Shown here: piece by piece, positions 39,103 to 50,199 of the stretch
How positions within the stretch are numbered: position 1 is the first letter of the stretch
Layout of the letters: each line of letters opens with the position of its first letter
Source of the DNA: Bispira polyomma
Taxonomy: Eukaryota
NCBI GenBank assembly: GCA_965649765.1
Contig: OZ287748.1
Span: 71,982,001-72,046,000 of the forward strand
Direction: 5' to 3'
Length of the DNA: 64,000 bases
Notes under the pieces: generated by a model
Database searches by the model: none
What the model was told of the DNA's origin: nothing
What the model saw: the letters and a program-made list of their open reading frames with translations, nothing else
Made by a program: the position numbers and the translations under genes

Positions 39103-39300
39103 TTATATCAAAGTATCTCTGACTTTCATTAACAATGAGCCTAGTGCGGTTTTTCCTTTCCACTTTTCCGCCAACCAAACATTACGATTATTAAGAAACC
39201 AAGCACAAGACCAATAAGTGTCATTACCATTTGCCTCGATGATTTGTTTACCTTTTAAGTTCAACAAAAAGGCTCTAAGCTCTGGATTTTGAACAAATTT
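39103..39300 (-). pseudogene. C-terminal half of a NADAR (YbiA/COG3236) domain at the end of the LINE upstream ORF (ORF1), 5'-truncated
   Basis: Open frame KFVQNPELRAFLLNLKGKQIIEANGNDTYWSCAWFLNNRNVWLAEKWKGKTALGSLLMKVRDTLI* fits the NADAR pattern KFxQNxxLxxxLL...EA...DxxW...WxGxNxLGxxLMxVR. It lies inside the TSDs, on the same strand as ORF2. Confidence 0.85.
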
Positions 39301-40012
39301 TCTCTCAAGCTTACATCTTATGACCTTTAATGTGAACTTGAACTTATCTTAGTGGACTGCAAGTTAACATGCAGTATTAGTGAACATAAGTGGACTGGTT
39401 AAAATGTTGTATTTTGAAACCCTCCTCAATCTGCCCAAAATATTTAGAACTGTAGTATTCCACGTAGAATTTTTCCGCTTTTTAATTAAAATGTATATTT
39501 TTACTCCACTCTTTAGAAAACAAGTTAAGATATTGTATTTCTATAATGCATCTACTACATATATTCTGCACAGTACTTTTTATGGTAGTGCTTTTATAGT
39601 TAATCCAATATCCCTATCTGAATATCTTCATACATACTGTGTTCATTTTGTTGGAAGGAAACTAACACGTAATCGAACCAATAGCACATCAAACATTTAA
39701 TATTTAACGGGTGTTTAAGTATAGACTTAATATATTGTCTTTTCCAAGCACATCGTACAATACATGTCAGAAGAATATTCTTCATCTCATCTCCTATACT
39801 AAACATCTATTAACCGATATTTATTCCAATTTCATCAAAAAAATTTAGCAACCCTGTATAATTTATATTGGCACTATCTACAGTATGCAAGAAAATTATC
39901 TTGGCCGTTCGTGTATGTAGTTCCAGATTTTACCATCTATTCAAACTCATCGGAATTGATGACGACAGCTATAGATAGTCATGTTAGATCACTGTTGGTC
40001 ATATATTTGCAG

Positions 40013-40171
40013 AATCCCCCTGTCCATATTTTGAATGTGAAGGTGGGGAGTACTGCATAGACTCGGAGAAGCTGCTTTGTAATCCTTTACCCCAGTACTG
40101 TATACACAAGTCACTGCTCTGTAATGGCGTGGTCAACTGTGGAGCAAAGGACCATAGCGACGAGTTCGGAT
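40013..40171 (+). CDS. NETO-like gene, exon 7 (LDLa-like module: CPYFEC...YCIHKSLLCNGVVNCGAKDHSDEFG)
   Basis: LDLa signature CI...L.CNG..NC...D.SDE..C. Acceptor ttgcag, donor T|gtaagt. Phase 1 to 1. Confidence 0.93.
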
Positions 40172-40224
40172 GTAAGTATAGAAAAGACTGTACAACGATT
40201 AGCAGTTTCTTTCACTATACAAAA

Positions 40225-40570
40225 ATTTATGGTTTACTCTGTAAGATCAGCAAAAAGTATACACATAAACTGCAACTTCTACAGAACTCAGCAGCAAAAA
40301 AAAATACAATTTCAGGAGTTTCAAAAAGGGACCACATCACTGCCACCTGACAATTTTTCCACCGGCTTCTAATTGAGTCCAGGACTAGATATAAAAGTCT
40401 CAAGGGTTTAAATGATTATTGGCCAGACCTTCTCAAACAACATATACACCGTCTAGATCACTCTGAAGCCTACAAACTAATAAAATGGCTGTACCTCTGT
40501 GTAGATCTAGAATTGGACAATGTGCTTTCAGTTATATTGCTCCAGTTCTGTGGCACTCTCATCCTCATGA
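40225..40570 (+). mobile_element. L2-like LINE 3' fragment in intron 7
   Basis: KLQLLQNSAAK...KRDHIT and AFSYIAPVLWHSL remnants. Confidence 0.65.
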
Positions 40571-41142
40571 CATTCTATTAACTGGATCACGGTTTAGAAA
40601 ATGTAAGGAATCCTAGAAAATGTGTGTTTTTGGTAGAATTGTGGGCAATATTTGCTGAAATTTAGATTTTGACTATTTTGCCTTACATACTTATGTTCCA
40701 GTTATTTTTTCGCCAGTTATTATTGATTTGGCTTAAATTTTAGGGGTAGCCAATTTTAGATACAGTGGCGACTTTTAGCTTCCTTACTCTATATAAGAGA
40801 TACTAATAATAATTATCATAGTAAATTGTCTGCCATGTTTTTCTATTCTCTAAATAATTATCCTCACATGTAGAAAAGTAGTAAATTTCTGTCATTTTAC
40901 AATATATTTATAGCAATAAAGTTTGAATCACTACACAAACAGGAAAACAGTACAACTATTAAAAACGTCTGTGTATGTGCCACTTGGTGATATATTTCTG
41001 TTGCTTACCAGTTAGTGCTTACAACTTGTAAAGCTCATACATGCTTGTCTGAAGTACCAGTCACACGTGTAAAACACAGGGAGTTTTGTCTGCAACAAAT
41101 ATAAACAGCTTATCATAGATTATTTGTTGTTGTATTTCGCAG

Positions 41143-41843
41143 GCTGGACCTTAACCATTTCCCTAGTGTCCACCTTTGGAGGTATCGTTCTGGTGGCAGT
41201 CCTCACAGTATTGTACATACGTCACCGCAGAAGGCAGCAGGCCGAGTCCTTAACCAGAAACCAAGGCCCAAATGGGGTGTATTATCAGTCAGCAGACATG
41301 AAGAAAGCCGAGTACAACAAAGACCATATCAACGGCAAAAAAAGAACGGTCAGCTATTCTCCAGTAAAGAAACTCTCCTCCCCAGGCTACATAGCCGTCT
41401 ATTCCCCAGAGAAGAAAGGGTTCTCTGTCTTTGACGAGTATGACAGTGAAACATGTTGGAACAAAGGCATGGGGAATGACTACTACATTCCCGACGAAGA
41501 AAGAAAGGCCTTAGAGATGTATGTCAACCATTCTGCGCAGACGCAAAGACAGTCTTTCTCAGAGCAGAGCAAGACAGCAGACCAAAAGAGTAAAGAATCC
41601 CATACGTCAGCAATGACGTCACATAAAGCCAAGCCGATCAATAACAGTCACAGCATGACCTTAATCAGTAACAGAAAGTCACAGTACGCCGCTTGCCCTA
41701 CATTTCCGACGCCGCCTGAGAGTGACCCGGAAGTAGATCCTTTTGTAGGCCACACGTATGCCAATGTCAAGGACAGCCATCGGAGGAACGTGTATACGAC
41801 CATGCCAAGGATTAATCCCAATAGTGTTTCAGCTGTGGTGTAA
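41143..41843 (+). CDS. NETO-like gene, exon 8 (last LDLa Cys, TM helix, cytoplasmic tail, stop)
   Basis: Acceptor ttcgcag in phase 1 gives T+GC = Cys. TM LTISLVSTFGGIVLVAVLTVLYI is followed by RHRRR. Ends NSVSAVV*. Confidence 0.92.
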
Positions 41844-42049
41844 TGTTAAATGAATATTAATGTCCTGGTGGGACTTGTGAAGCTCTTACCAATATTTTAC
41901 AACTAATTTTACCATTATTTATTAAAAACAACTAATTTTATTAATGTTTATTATAAACAAATAATTTTAAAGTGTTTTAAGTGATATAAGTAATTTATAA
42001 GTGATTTATACATGATCAATTACAAGTGAGTTCATAACATACATCGATC

Positions 42050-42310
42050 CTCCCTGCTGGCCTGGTGATTGTACGCTTGGACAAGGTACTATACACAAAT
42101 GTTGCTCCACTCTACCCAGGTGTATAACTAGGTACCTGGCCGCCAATAGGTGTTAGTCTTTGCGCGCTATATGTGGCAGCACAGCTAGTATGCTTCTTAA
42201 GGCAGCTAAGACTGAACAATTAGTTGATAAGTGAAAGAACCCAGGTGGGGGTAATAATGTCAAAGCGCATATGATAACAGTGATGTTCATAACTGCACTA
42301 TTTCAAATGA
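42050..42310 (+). mobile_element. SINE family A copy just downstream of the stop codon (probable 3' UTR)
   Basis: cttggacaagg...cactctacccaggtgtataa..ggtacc Deu/Nin-like core and the shared 3' part. Confidence 0.7.
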
Positions 42311-43348
42311 TGAAATTATTATTGGTTATTTGGGGTTCATATTTTGCACATGCTAAAGTCAATTGTGTAAACTTTGGATTATTTTAGACTTTCTTCAGTA
42401 TTTAAATACATACATGAGTTTTTTTAAACCTAAGTTCTGTTACCTTTGGGGTCTTCTTTACTTTCCTAGTATTAACCTGTTACCTTAATAAATTATCTAA
42501 ATTATCTTGACTTGAACTCTGTTACAAAGTAGAGTGAAATATTAAATTTTCACCAGTACAGAAATATTTCCCTTTATATTTCAGATAAACAATGAAAGCC
42601 AAAATATAACCTTACTAAGGTTATTTTACAATAATTGACTGTATTGTATGTTAACAGATTATGTGTTTATTAAGTACTGTAAAATTCCATGATTTGGTGC
42701 TGTGCATTTTAAATAGGATAGGTAAATATTTTGCTATTTTTATATTATATAATTTTTTTTATTTTATTTCATTAAGACAGATTTGTATCAACTTTTCAAT
42801 TTGTACAACTATTATGGATGTATTATGTTGTGTGAATTTAGCTTATTATCTTTGTTAAATTATAAAGTTCTAAAGGTGATGAAAACAGGTGGGTACTTTA
42901 TAGAAAGAATGTCCACATGCAGTACACACTTTATCCATGCTTTACCTATAGTCTATATAACATATATGCAACTAAATTCTAGACCTCTACACATCTATAT
43001 TGAGAAAAATAAGGAATATAAGAAAAGCGGAAATTTATTCCTAAAAGTAATTAATGATTATATCACCACATATTATTGGTCGTATTAGTTTAAAGTGACT
43101 TATTAGCTCTCCAGTGGGCTGGGTATATTGTATCTGTTTTACATTTATTGTCTGTTGTTCGGGTTTATACACATGTCACTATAATAAATAAATTGAACTG
43201 AATTATATTGAATATAAAACAACTCCCCTTTTTAATATTTGATATTTCACAAATATATTACATTTTCTCTCAAATAATTTCGATACTTAATTTCTTTTGG
43301 CTGACCATATTTAAATATCTGACCCAAATACTTATGTTGATAACAATT

Positions 43349-43937
43349 AGGCTGTGCGACTGGTAGCGTTTCAGATACTTATCTGTGATTTCCGCTAACC
43401 TGCGCAGTAACAGAGATACTTAACTATTTTGCTACCAGTCGCACAGGAAAAATAAGCATCTGCAACCGAAGACAAACGGAAATTGACGAAGAAGAAACTC
43501 GAGGTATACCACGTGCATGATGGGCGATATAACAATATTTTACAATAAGAAAAATACTTTAAAGAATGCTAACATATTTGATCAATTAAGCGTCCATGTA
43601 ATTAATATATTTATTTAAGCAAATGTATGTTGTATGGTGTTATTTTGACCCATATATTATTTCGACGATTGAAGCTATATATTGCTAAAAGGTCACAGAC
43701 AGTTAACTATCCTTATATGGAAGTTATACTTCAGAGTTCTCTCTACTGAAACCTATCAAAACCTTATATTTGCTAGGCAGTCACGTGATTTATTTAGAAA
43801 GTTAACCAGCGAGATATGTGTATAACATTGGTACTTATCTTTTTTTTTAATATTGACCAGACGAACAGTGAGAGATACTTATCTTTCTTTCAGATTAATT
43901 AAGATAAGTATCTTTGCTACCAGTCGAACGTGCCTAA
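43349..43937. mobile_element. MITE with taggctgtgcgactggtagc / gctaccagtcgaacgtgccta ends
   Basis: Inverted termini, repeated agatacttatc subterminal motifs, and an extra internal TIR copy at ~43430-43447. Confidence 0.7.
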
Positions 43938-46039
43938 TGTCATGTGGGAAAATTTTCAAGCCAAGAGCCATTAGAATCTTTTATTTTAGCTTCAGTCATT
44001 ATGTGCTAGTGCACTGGTGCATAGATAAACACTGTACAGGATATATATATGTATATGTTGTAATAGTTGAAATTTTTACTAAGAATTAATTTGTAAAAAA
44101 AGAGTGAAAAATAATTTCAGTGAACTTCTCAAGAAGTTTTAAATTCATAACTAATTTTTTCTTCCCCCAAGATATCCACTTTTACAGTATACTTGTATAC
44201 ACTGGTCTGCAACTAATGCTAAATACCTGAATAACAACTGTGTCACTTCTTATATTCTCTGTCCCATGTCGACAATTAGGGCTATTTCTTGACCTGATTC
44301 ATTCTCCATTTCCTGCATTGAGTGGGGAACCTGGGTTGTGTGTTGATACCTCTCTCATTTTACACCTCTGCAGTCGTGGGTTCTGATCTCGGTCGAAACA
44401 TACAGGTGTGAAAAAGTCTTGCTGAAAATGAGTGGTTTATACGGCAGCCTATACAGGCCATACTTTAAAAAAAAAAAAAAAATCATCTAAACCGATTATC
44501 ACATGATACCACTTATATTTGTTCAACTAATTAACAAATTTCTTGCAGTCTACTACTACAGAAAAGCAATAAATATTTTCTGTAGTTTCTACTAATTAAA
44601 CTATGAACAATGGTTTGACATTGTTGAAATCCATTTATTGAGAATATAGCCAGGTTCAATTATTTACCAAATTTTATACTGCGTGACACATTGGGACCTG
44701 ACAGTTCATTTTCCACAGTTTGCTACCTTCACTCATTTTTTTAATAAATCATTCTTGTCCTTGTTTCTGTCTATCACGACCTAACCAATTAACTTTGAAC
44801 CAGTAACAAGCATTCCACACTTCAGCAACTTCATCCCACCTTTTCCTCAGTCCACTGCAAATTATGAAATTTTCTATTTCATTCCAACTCCAATCTATCT
44901 CTGTTAGTTAAAGAAATTTTCACCACTTCACACTAACAGATCAGTTTGAGACAAACAAATTTTTTGCCTGGTTTACTAGGCATGGCGACATGTATGATCC
45001 CTGATTGCTATGGATATGGAAAGTAGGATTAAGTCGATAATGTTACAATTAACTGTAATACTGCTTCATAACAATGTAAATTACAATGTTTCAATTGGCT
45101 TGACAAGCAGGACGGTGATCTGGCTATGAATGTATACTGTAATTAGTATGTCTAAGGCTGGTTTAATGTGTGTTTTTTTAGTTTAAGGTAATCCAGATAA
45201 ATTGTTTGTCCATGAGGCAAGACAATATTTTAACTTCAAATGCGATATATAGGCAACGTTATGATTTGGCATACACATTGATCCTTGACTGGACAAGTCC
45301 CATGATGTTATGTTATATTTTGTGATGTCAGTTTGTTAATGTAGATTGCTTTAAAGTTGTCTGCCAAATGTTACAATGTTAATCCTAATACTTTTCATAA
45401 GATCTACTGCGCTCTTGCATGATCTGACTATTGGGCTAGTCCCTCGTGTGTTACAAATAGGGATTCATTAAATTTTGTTTTAGTAAGTATCAATTTTAAT
45501 ATATTCTGTAAATAAATAACCTTTATACACTATTCCACTAATTTGTACAAAATAAAAGTCTAAAACCTATCTTGCACTCTGTTTTGGTTTTTGGTTGATC
45601 TTTCACTGTGATATGGTTGAAAGGCTCACCCTTATATTTGACCTTCGGATCTGACCTTCCTTCCCAATACTTAAACAGTTCTCCCCTTTACTAACTTAAT
45701 GTTACTTCTAGAGACCTTAACTAAATCAACTTCATTGGACCTTGAGGTCAGAATTTCGTTTCCATACTAAGAATGGCTATTGGTTTATTATTCCCTCTCC
45801 CATTGACTTCATGTTTAAGCAAAGAAACCTTCCTTTGACATTAAGGTCAAAATCCTACTCTTACGGGCGAAATGGCCTACAACTTAGTGCTGCCTATACC
45901 AGTATGTAAACCTTGCTTTGACTTTGGGGTCACAATTGTACCCTATAGTCAAGCTGGTAACGAAACTGATGGAACAGCCTTTTTTAGCATAAATGTTTGT
46001 TTAATCCTTTATGCTAATAGTTTTTCCTAAATATATCGT

Positions 46040-46610
46040 TTCATATGTGGCAAATGACCTTGTAAGTAGTCGCCTAGACTACTGCAACTCACTTTTGTTT
46101 GGAGTAAAAAGTCACAGATTAAAAAGCTCTAGTCTATTAAAAACTACCTATGCAGGGTGGTTTTTGCACCTGGGCAGTCGCACTAACGTGGCTCTTTACC
46201 TCAAAAAAAACACACTGGCTTCCCATTGACTAAATAATTTTGTCATTCAAGGCTAAGTCACTCAACAACCCTCCTACATTGGTTCTTTTCCATCTTTCAG
46301 TAACCTGGAGAGGCGACAGACTCTCTGTTTCTTCTGTTAGACCCACCAGGAAGGCTGGATCCAGAGCATTCTCCATTGCAGCTCCCTTGTTATGGAACAG
46401 TCTCCCCGTCAACCTTAGATCATTAGATATCTGTTTTAGGAAAAAGCTTAAAACCTATCTTTTTAACATTGCTTACCCACCGTAGTTCCCTCCTGTAGAC
46501 CCTACATCGTTCCTTGCTATGTCCCTGGACTACATGATTGGATCACTGATTATGCTGTTGTGCTGTAGAAGATGCCTAGCATCAATAAAGCGAGTTAAAA
46601 ATGCATAATA
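46040..46610 (+). mobile_element. L2-like LINE 3' fragment
   Basis: ANDLVSSRLDYCNSLLFG, GSRAFSIAAPLLWNSLP, FRKKLKTYLF. Confidence 0.85.
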
Positions 46611-49600
46611 ATATTTGACCTTGAAAAGACAAAGGTTTTATTCTGTTACTTCTACCAGTTATTTACAACTTGGAATAATATATAAAAACATTAATACATT
46701 TAGGAAACAGTAATAGTGAGGCTGCCTTTAACAAACTAAGGGAACCTTAATTTAAGTAGAAAGGAATTGTGAAAAGGGAGGAACCTGTTTTTAAACTAGG
46801 TTTAAAAATTGAGTTTAACTTGCCAGAAATTAGTAAAAGTTCCTGCCGTAAGGCAAGCATAAGGTAAGGTAACCTAAATATTTTAAATAATTTGTGAATT
46901 TGGTTAAGGTTACCTTGAGTTTAAGATTAACTATGTAAATTAATGTATAATAATTTGATTATATAAAGGTGGCCTTGGGGCTTTAAAATGGTTGGAAGTA
47001 AATTAGTAGTTGAGTAATTTGGATTTTGTGTTAAGAAGCCGCCTATCTGATTAACTATAGCCTCTGCAAGGCAATTGTATCAAATGCTTTTTCATAATCT
47101 AGGCTTTAACATTTTATCTGCGAGTATGTCTGTAAATTGCAATTGTGTAAGTTTATCGGTTGCAAATTATCACCAATAAATCTTTTTTTATGATATGTCG
47201 CTTGACTTTTGGATTTTACTTTAGCCATAGTTTCATTATCATACGTTGTAAGGCTTACTGCCTATAATTTTTTAATTGCTATTTTTATCTTTTTAGACAT
47301 CTTTGAAAAGGACACCGCCATCTTAAAAATTATATGTAAAGCCTTCATGGATTGGTTGGAAGCAATAAAGCAAAAGTTTGCGAAGCAGGCCAGAGTATAC
47401 AGTGGCCATATCAACGTCAGTGTATTTCACACTGTGCACTCCTGTCTTTTTGAAAAGACAACTCTTGTCCATACTTATCACATTTGAGGAGTTTCATTCA
47501 TAAGCCTTCTACGACTCTGTGACGGAGTGGCTGCTTAGAAAAGGTGAGATGTTATCAACATAAATCTTTGGGGCAATTAACTGTGAGGCCCGGCAAAAGA
47601 ACACTACTTTTTTTCCTGCACTGACTTACTACTACATCTCATTAGTAACAACATCACTTCATATATAAAAAATTATAAGACCAAAATAATTTGTACATTT
47701 AACAATATCATACACACAATTAGCAAAAGTATATTTGAATCATCCAAAATACATTATCTTTATCAAGCATACTTGTTGTATCCACAGATATATCCCTTTG
47801 AGATACCCCAAACAAAAACTAAAAAAAAAAACACGTGGTAAATTTTTATAGTGTTGTTCATTACTGCAAATTGGAGTCCCACACAACCCAGAAGCACTGA
47901 TTTCCTTCAGGCTTCATATATTTATTAGTAAGACTTCAAAGACCAGTGGAATTATAAGACAAGCACACGCCATCCTGTGATGATAATGTGGCGCATCACA
48001 AGTCAATGGCTACAACCCCTTGTGCACTTTCCCACTACATTCATTAGTGGTTGAATGCCAGCAGAACCAGAGCCAGAAGGAATTTAATAAGGGAAAAAAT
48101 AATAACCAGGAAAAAGGATCCATTATGCTATGGAGGACGATATAAATATAAACACTATCACACGAGAATGGGAGACCTGTTTTTCTGGATTCGTCTAATT
48201 TCTAGAGTCATTTATCTGTATTAATCCATGATGTTTTCATGTTTGGGTTTATTGGCTAATCTCTTTGGGCTAAATAGAAATATCAGGGTTAGTTTAGAAA
48301 CATCCCGAGGTAATTATTACAATGTTCCCTCATTCTATTTTTTATCAATTTACTGCAGTGTGATTAATGCAATTTTTACGACAACTGATCTTAGGGTTTG
48401 GCATTTTAGTTATTACACAATTTATATAGATTATGTACATAGGTATAAGTCTATAGAGTACAACTCATGATACTAACATAGAAAGTACTGTAGGTAAGGT
48501 AAGGTGAGTCTCACCAAAGACTCATCTGTTATGGTAAAGTAGTGAATTAATGCATCAATAATGGATGGATGTATATAGATATAGATATTTGATGTCAATA
48601 AATAACCCAAAGTGTACCAAATGTTTGCTTGTCTTAACTAACCTTATCTGATCTTAGCAGTTGGCTAGACTGTAACAAATGCTGTAACAAATGCTAAACT
48701 AAACATCAATCGATGCTGATAAACAAAGTACATGTACATCAAATAACTTTAAATCAAAAAGCGCTAATGTAACACACTTAAAATTGTATTTAATGCTGTG
48801 GCAATTATATTAATAGCCAAGTGAAGCTTTATTAAAAGAGCATGAGAAAGAATTGAAACAAACAAATCCTTGTTGTGAGTCAAATAAAACAAAGAGAAGT
48901 TGATAAATAGTTTCCCCAAGTAATGAACTTTTCTCCAAAATTAAATTGTTTTTAACTGTTGTGCATAAACTGCTAGTTAATTGTTTCAAACACCTTTTGA
49001 AAATCCAGACTCTAACAGTACATCTGGGGCTATGTATGTAAATTTCCTTTATTTGTCAGTTATCAGTTTCAAATTATCACTAATAAATCTTATTTTAATA
49101 TATGTTGTATAATGTTATGCTTTGCGTTATATATTACCTCTGTAATCTATCAGCCAAAATAAAATCTATAATTACTCAGTCCGGTAAAGATCCATCCCCT
49201 GCCTGAGACAAATTTAACTAGCTCTGCATATTGCTCATTGTTTGCTGTGTCAACTTCAGAATATAAAAACAACATGATGTCATATACCCCAGCATAACAG
49301 GCTCATCAGCAAATAGAACTACACATAAAAATTATTGACTGCATGACTAGTGGATATGTCATAAATATCATGTGCCATTGAGGTTAATAGATTCAAACAT
49401 CTGGCTAATAGATGCCTGGGATATTTTTTGCATTTTTTTACCAAATACATGATATTATCATTGTGGCTTGATGATATACAACCCGCAAGTCAAAGCTTAG
49501 AGTTGAACTTTTTGTATAGACATTTACACTAACTAGATGTTCAAAGGACTAATTAACCTATTATTGAATACACAAGTATAGGCCACTAGCACTGGTAACT

Positions 49601-49826
49601 GTGATTCCCCTAACTGAAGACAAAAGCTTGACGATGGCTATATATTAACAACCTCAATGTCTTGTAGCCTGCCACAGGTGATAAAACCTAATGTCAGAGG
49701 ACTGCCATGTTAAGTGGCCATTCAATACACTATGCATCTGCCTGTACCAGGGGGCCTTGAGCTGGGATCGAACCCAATTCCTGTGCATTCATAAGCAAGT
49801 GTGTTGCCCAATTGACCACAATGGTG

Positions 49827-49991
49827 CAGTATGACAACATTCTTACCCATGTTGAACTTAATAGTTAAACTTTGCCATTGTAAGTGGACTTTTTATCATA
49901 TCATAATTGTACAGTATGACTACATTCTTATCCATGTTGAACTTAACAGTTAAACTTTGCCATTGTAAGTAAGCATTTTATCATGTCATAA
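49827..49991. repeat. Tandem duplication, ~85 bp x2
   Basis: cagtatgac.acattctta.ccatgttgaactta.agttaaactttgccattgtaagt occurs twice. Confidence 0.85.
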
Positions 49992-50199
49992 ATATCCCAG
50001 TTTAATTTTACAAAGAATTTTAAAAGTCCCAACTAGGAACCATAAGTTAATAGCACAATAAAAATACAAAAGACTAGACAATAGTACAAAACAATATGAA
50101 AAGACTACATGATTACAATCTAAAAGTTACAATATCATTCATTATTTCGGTCATAATATAACCCAAGATGCTACATTTCTGAAACAAAGCTCAAAATAG

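Larger units (their letters stand above)
30541..39300 (-). mobile_element. L1/Tx1-clade non-LTR retrotransposon, 5'-truncated and internally deleted, interrupted by a YR element
   Basis: APE endonuclease start (FNTRGLGD...LIQESH), KTPGPDGIP.EFY, WRPLSILNTDYKIL. AATAAA plus A-rich tail at 30541-30567 (-). TSD tttctctcaagc at 30529-30540 and 39299-39310. Confidence 0.92.
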
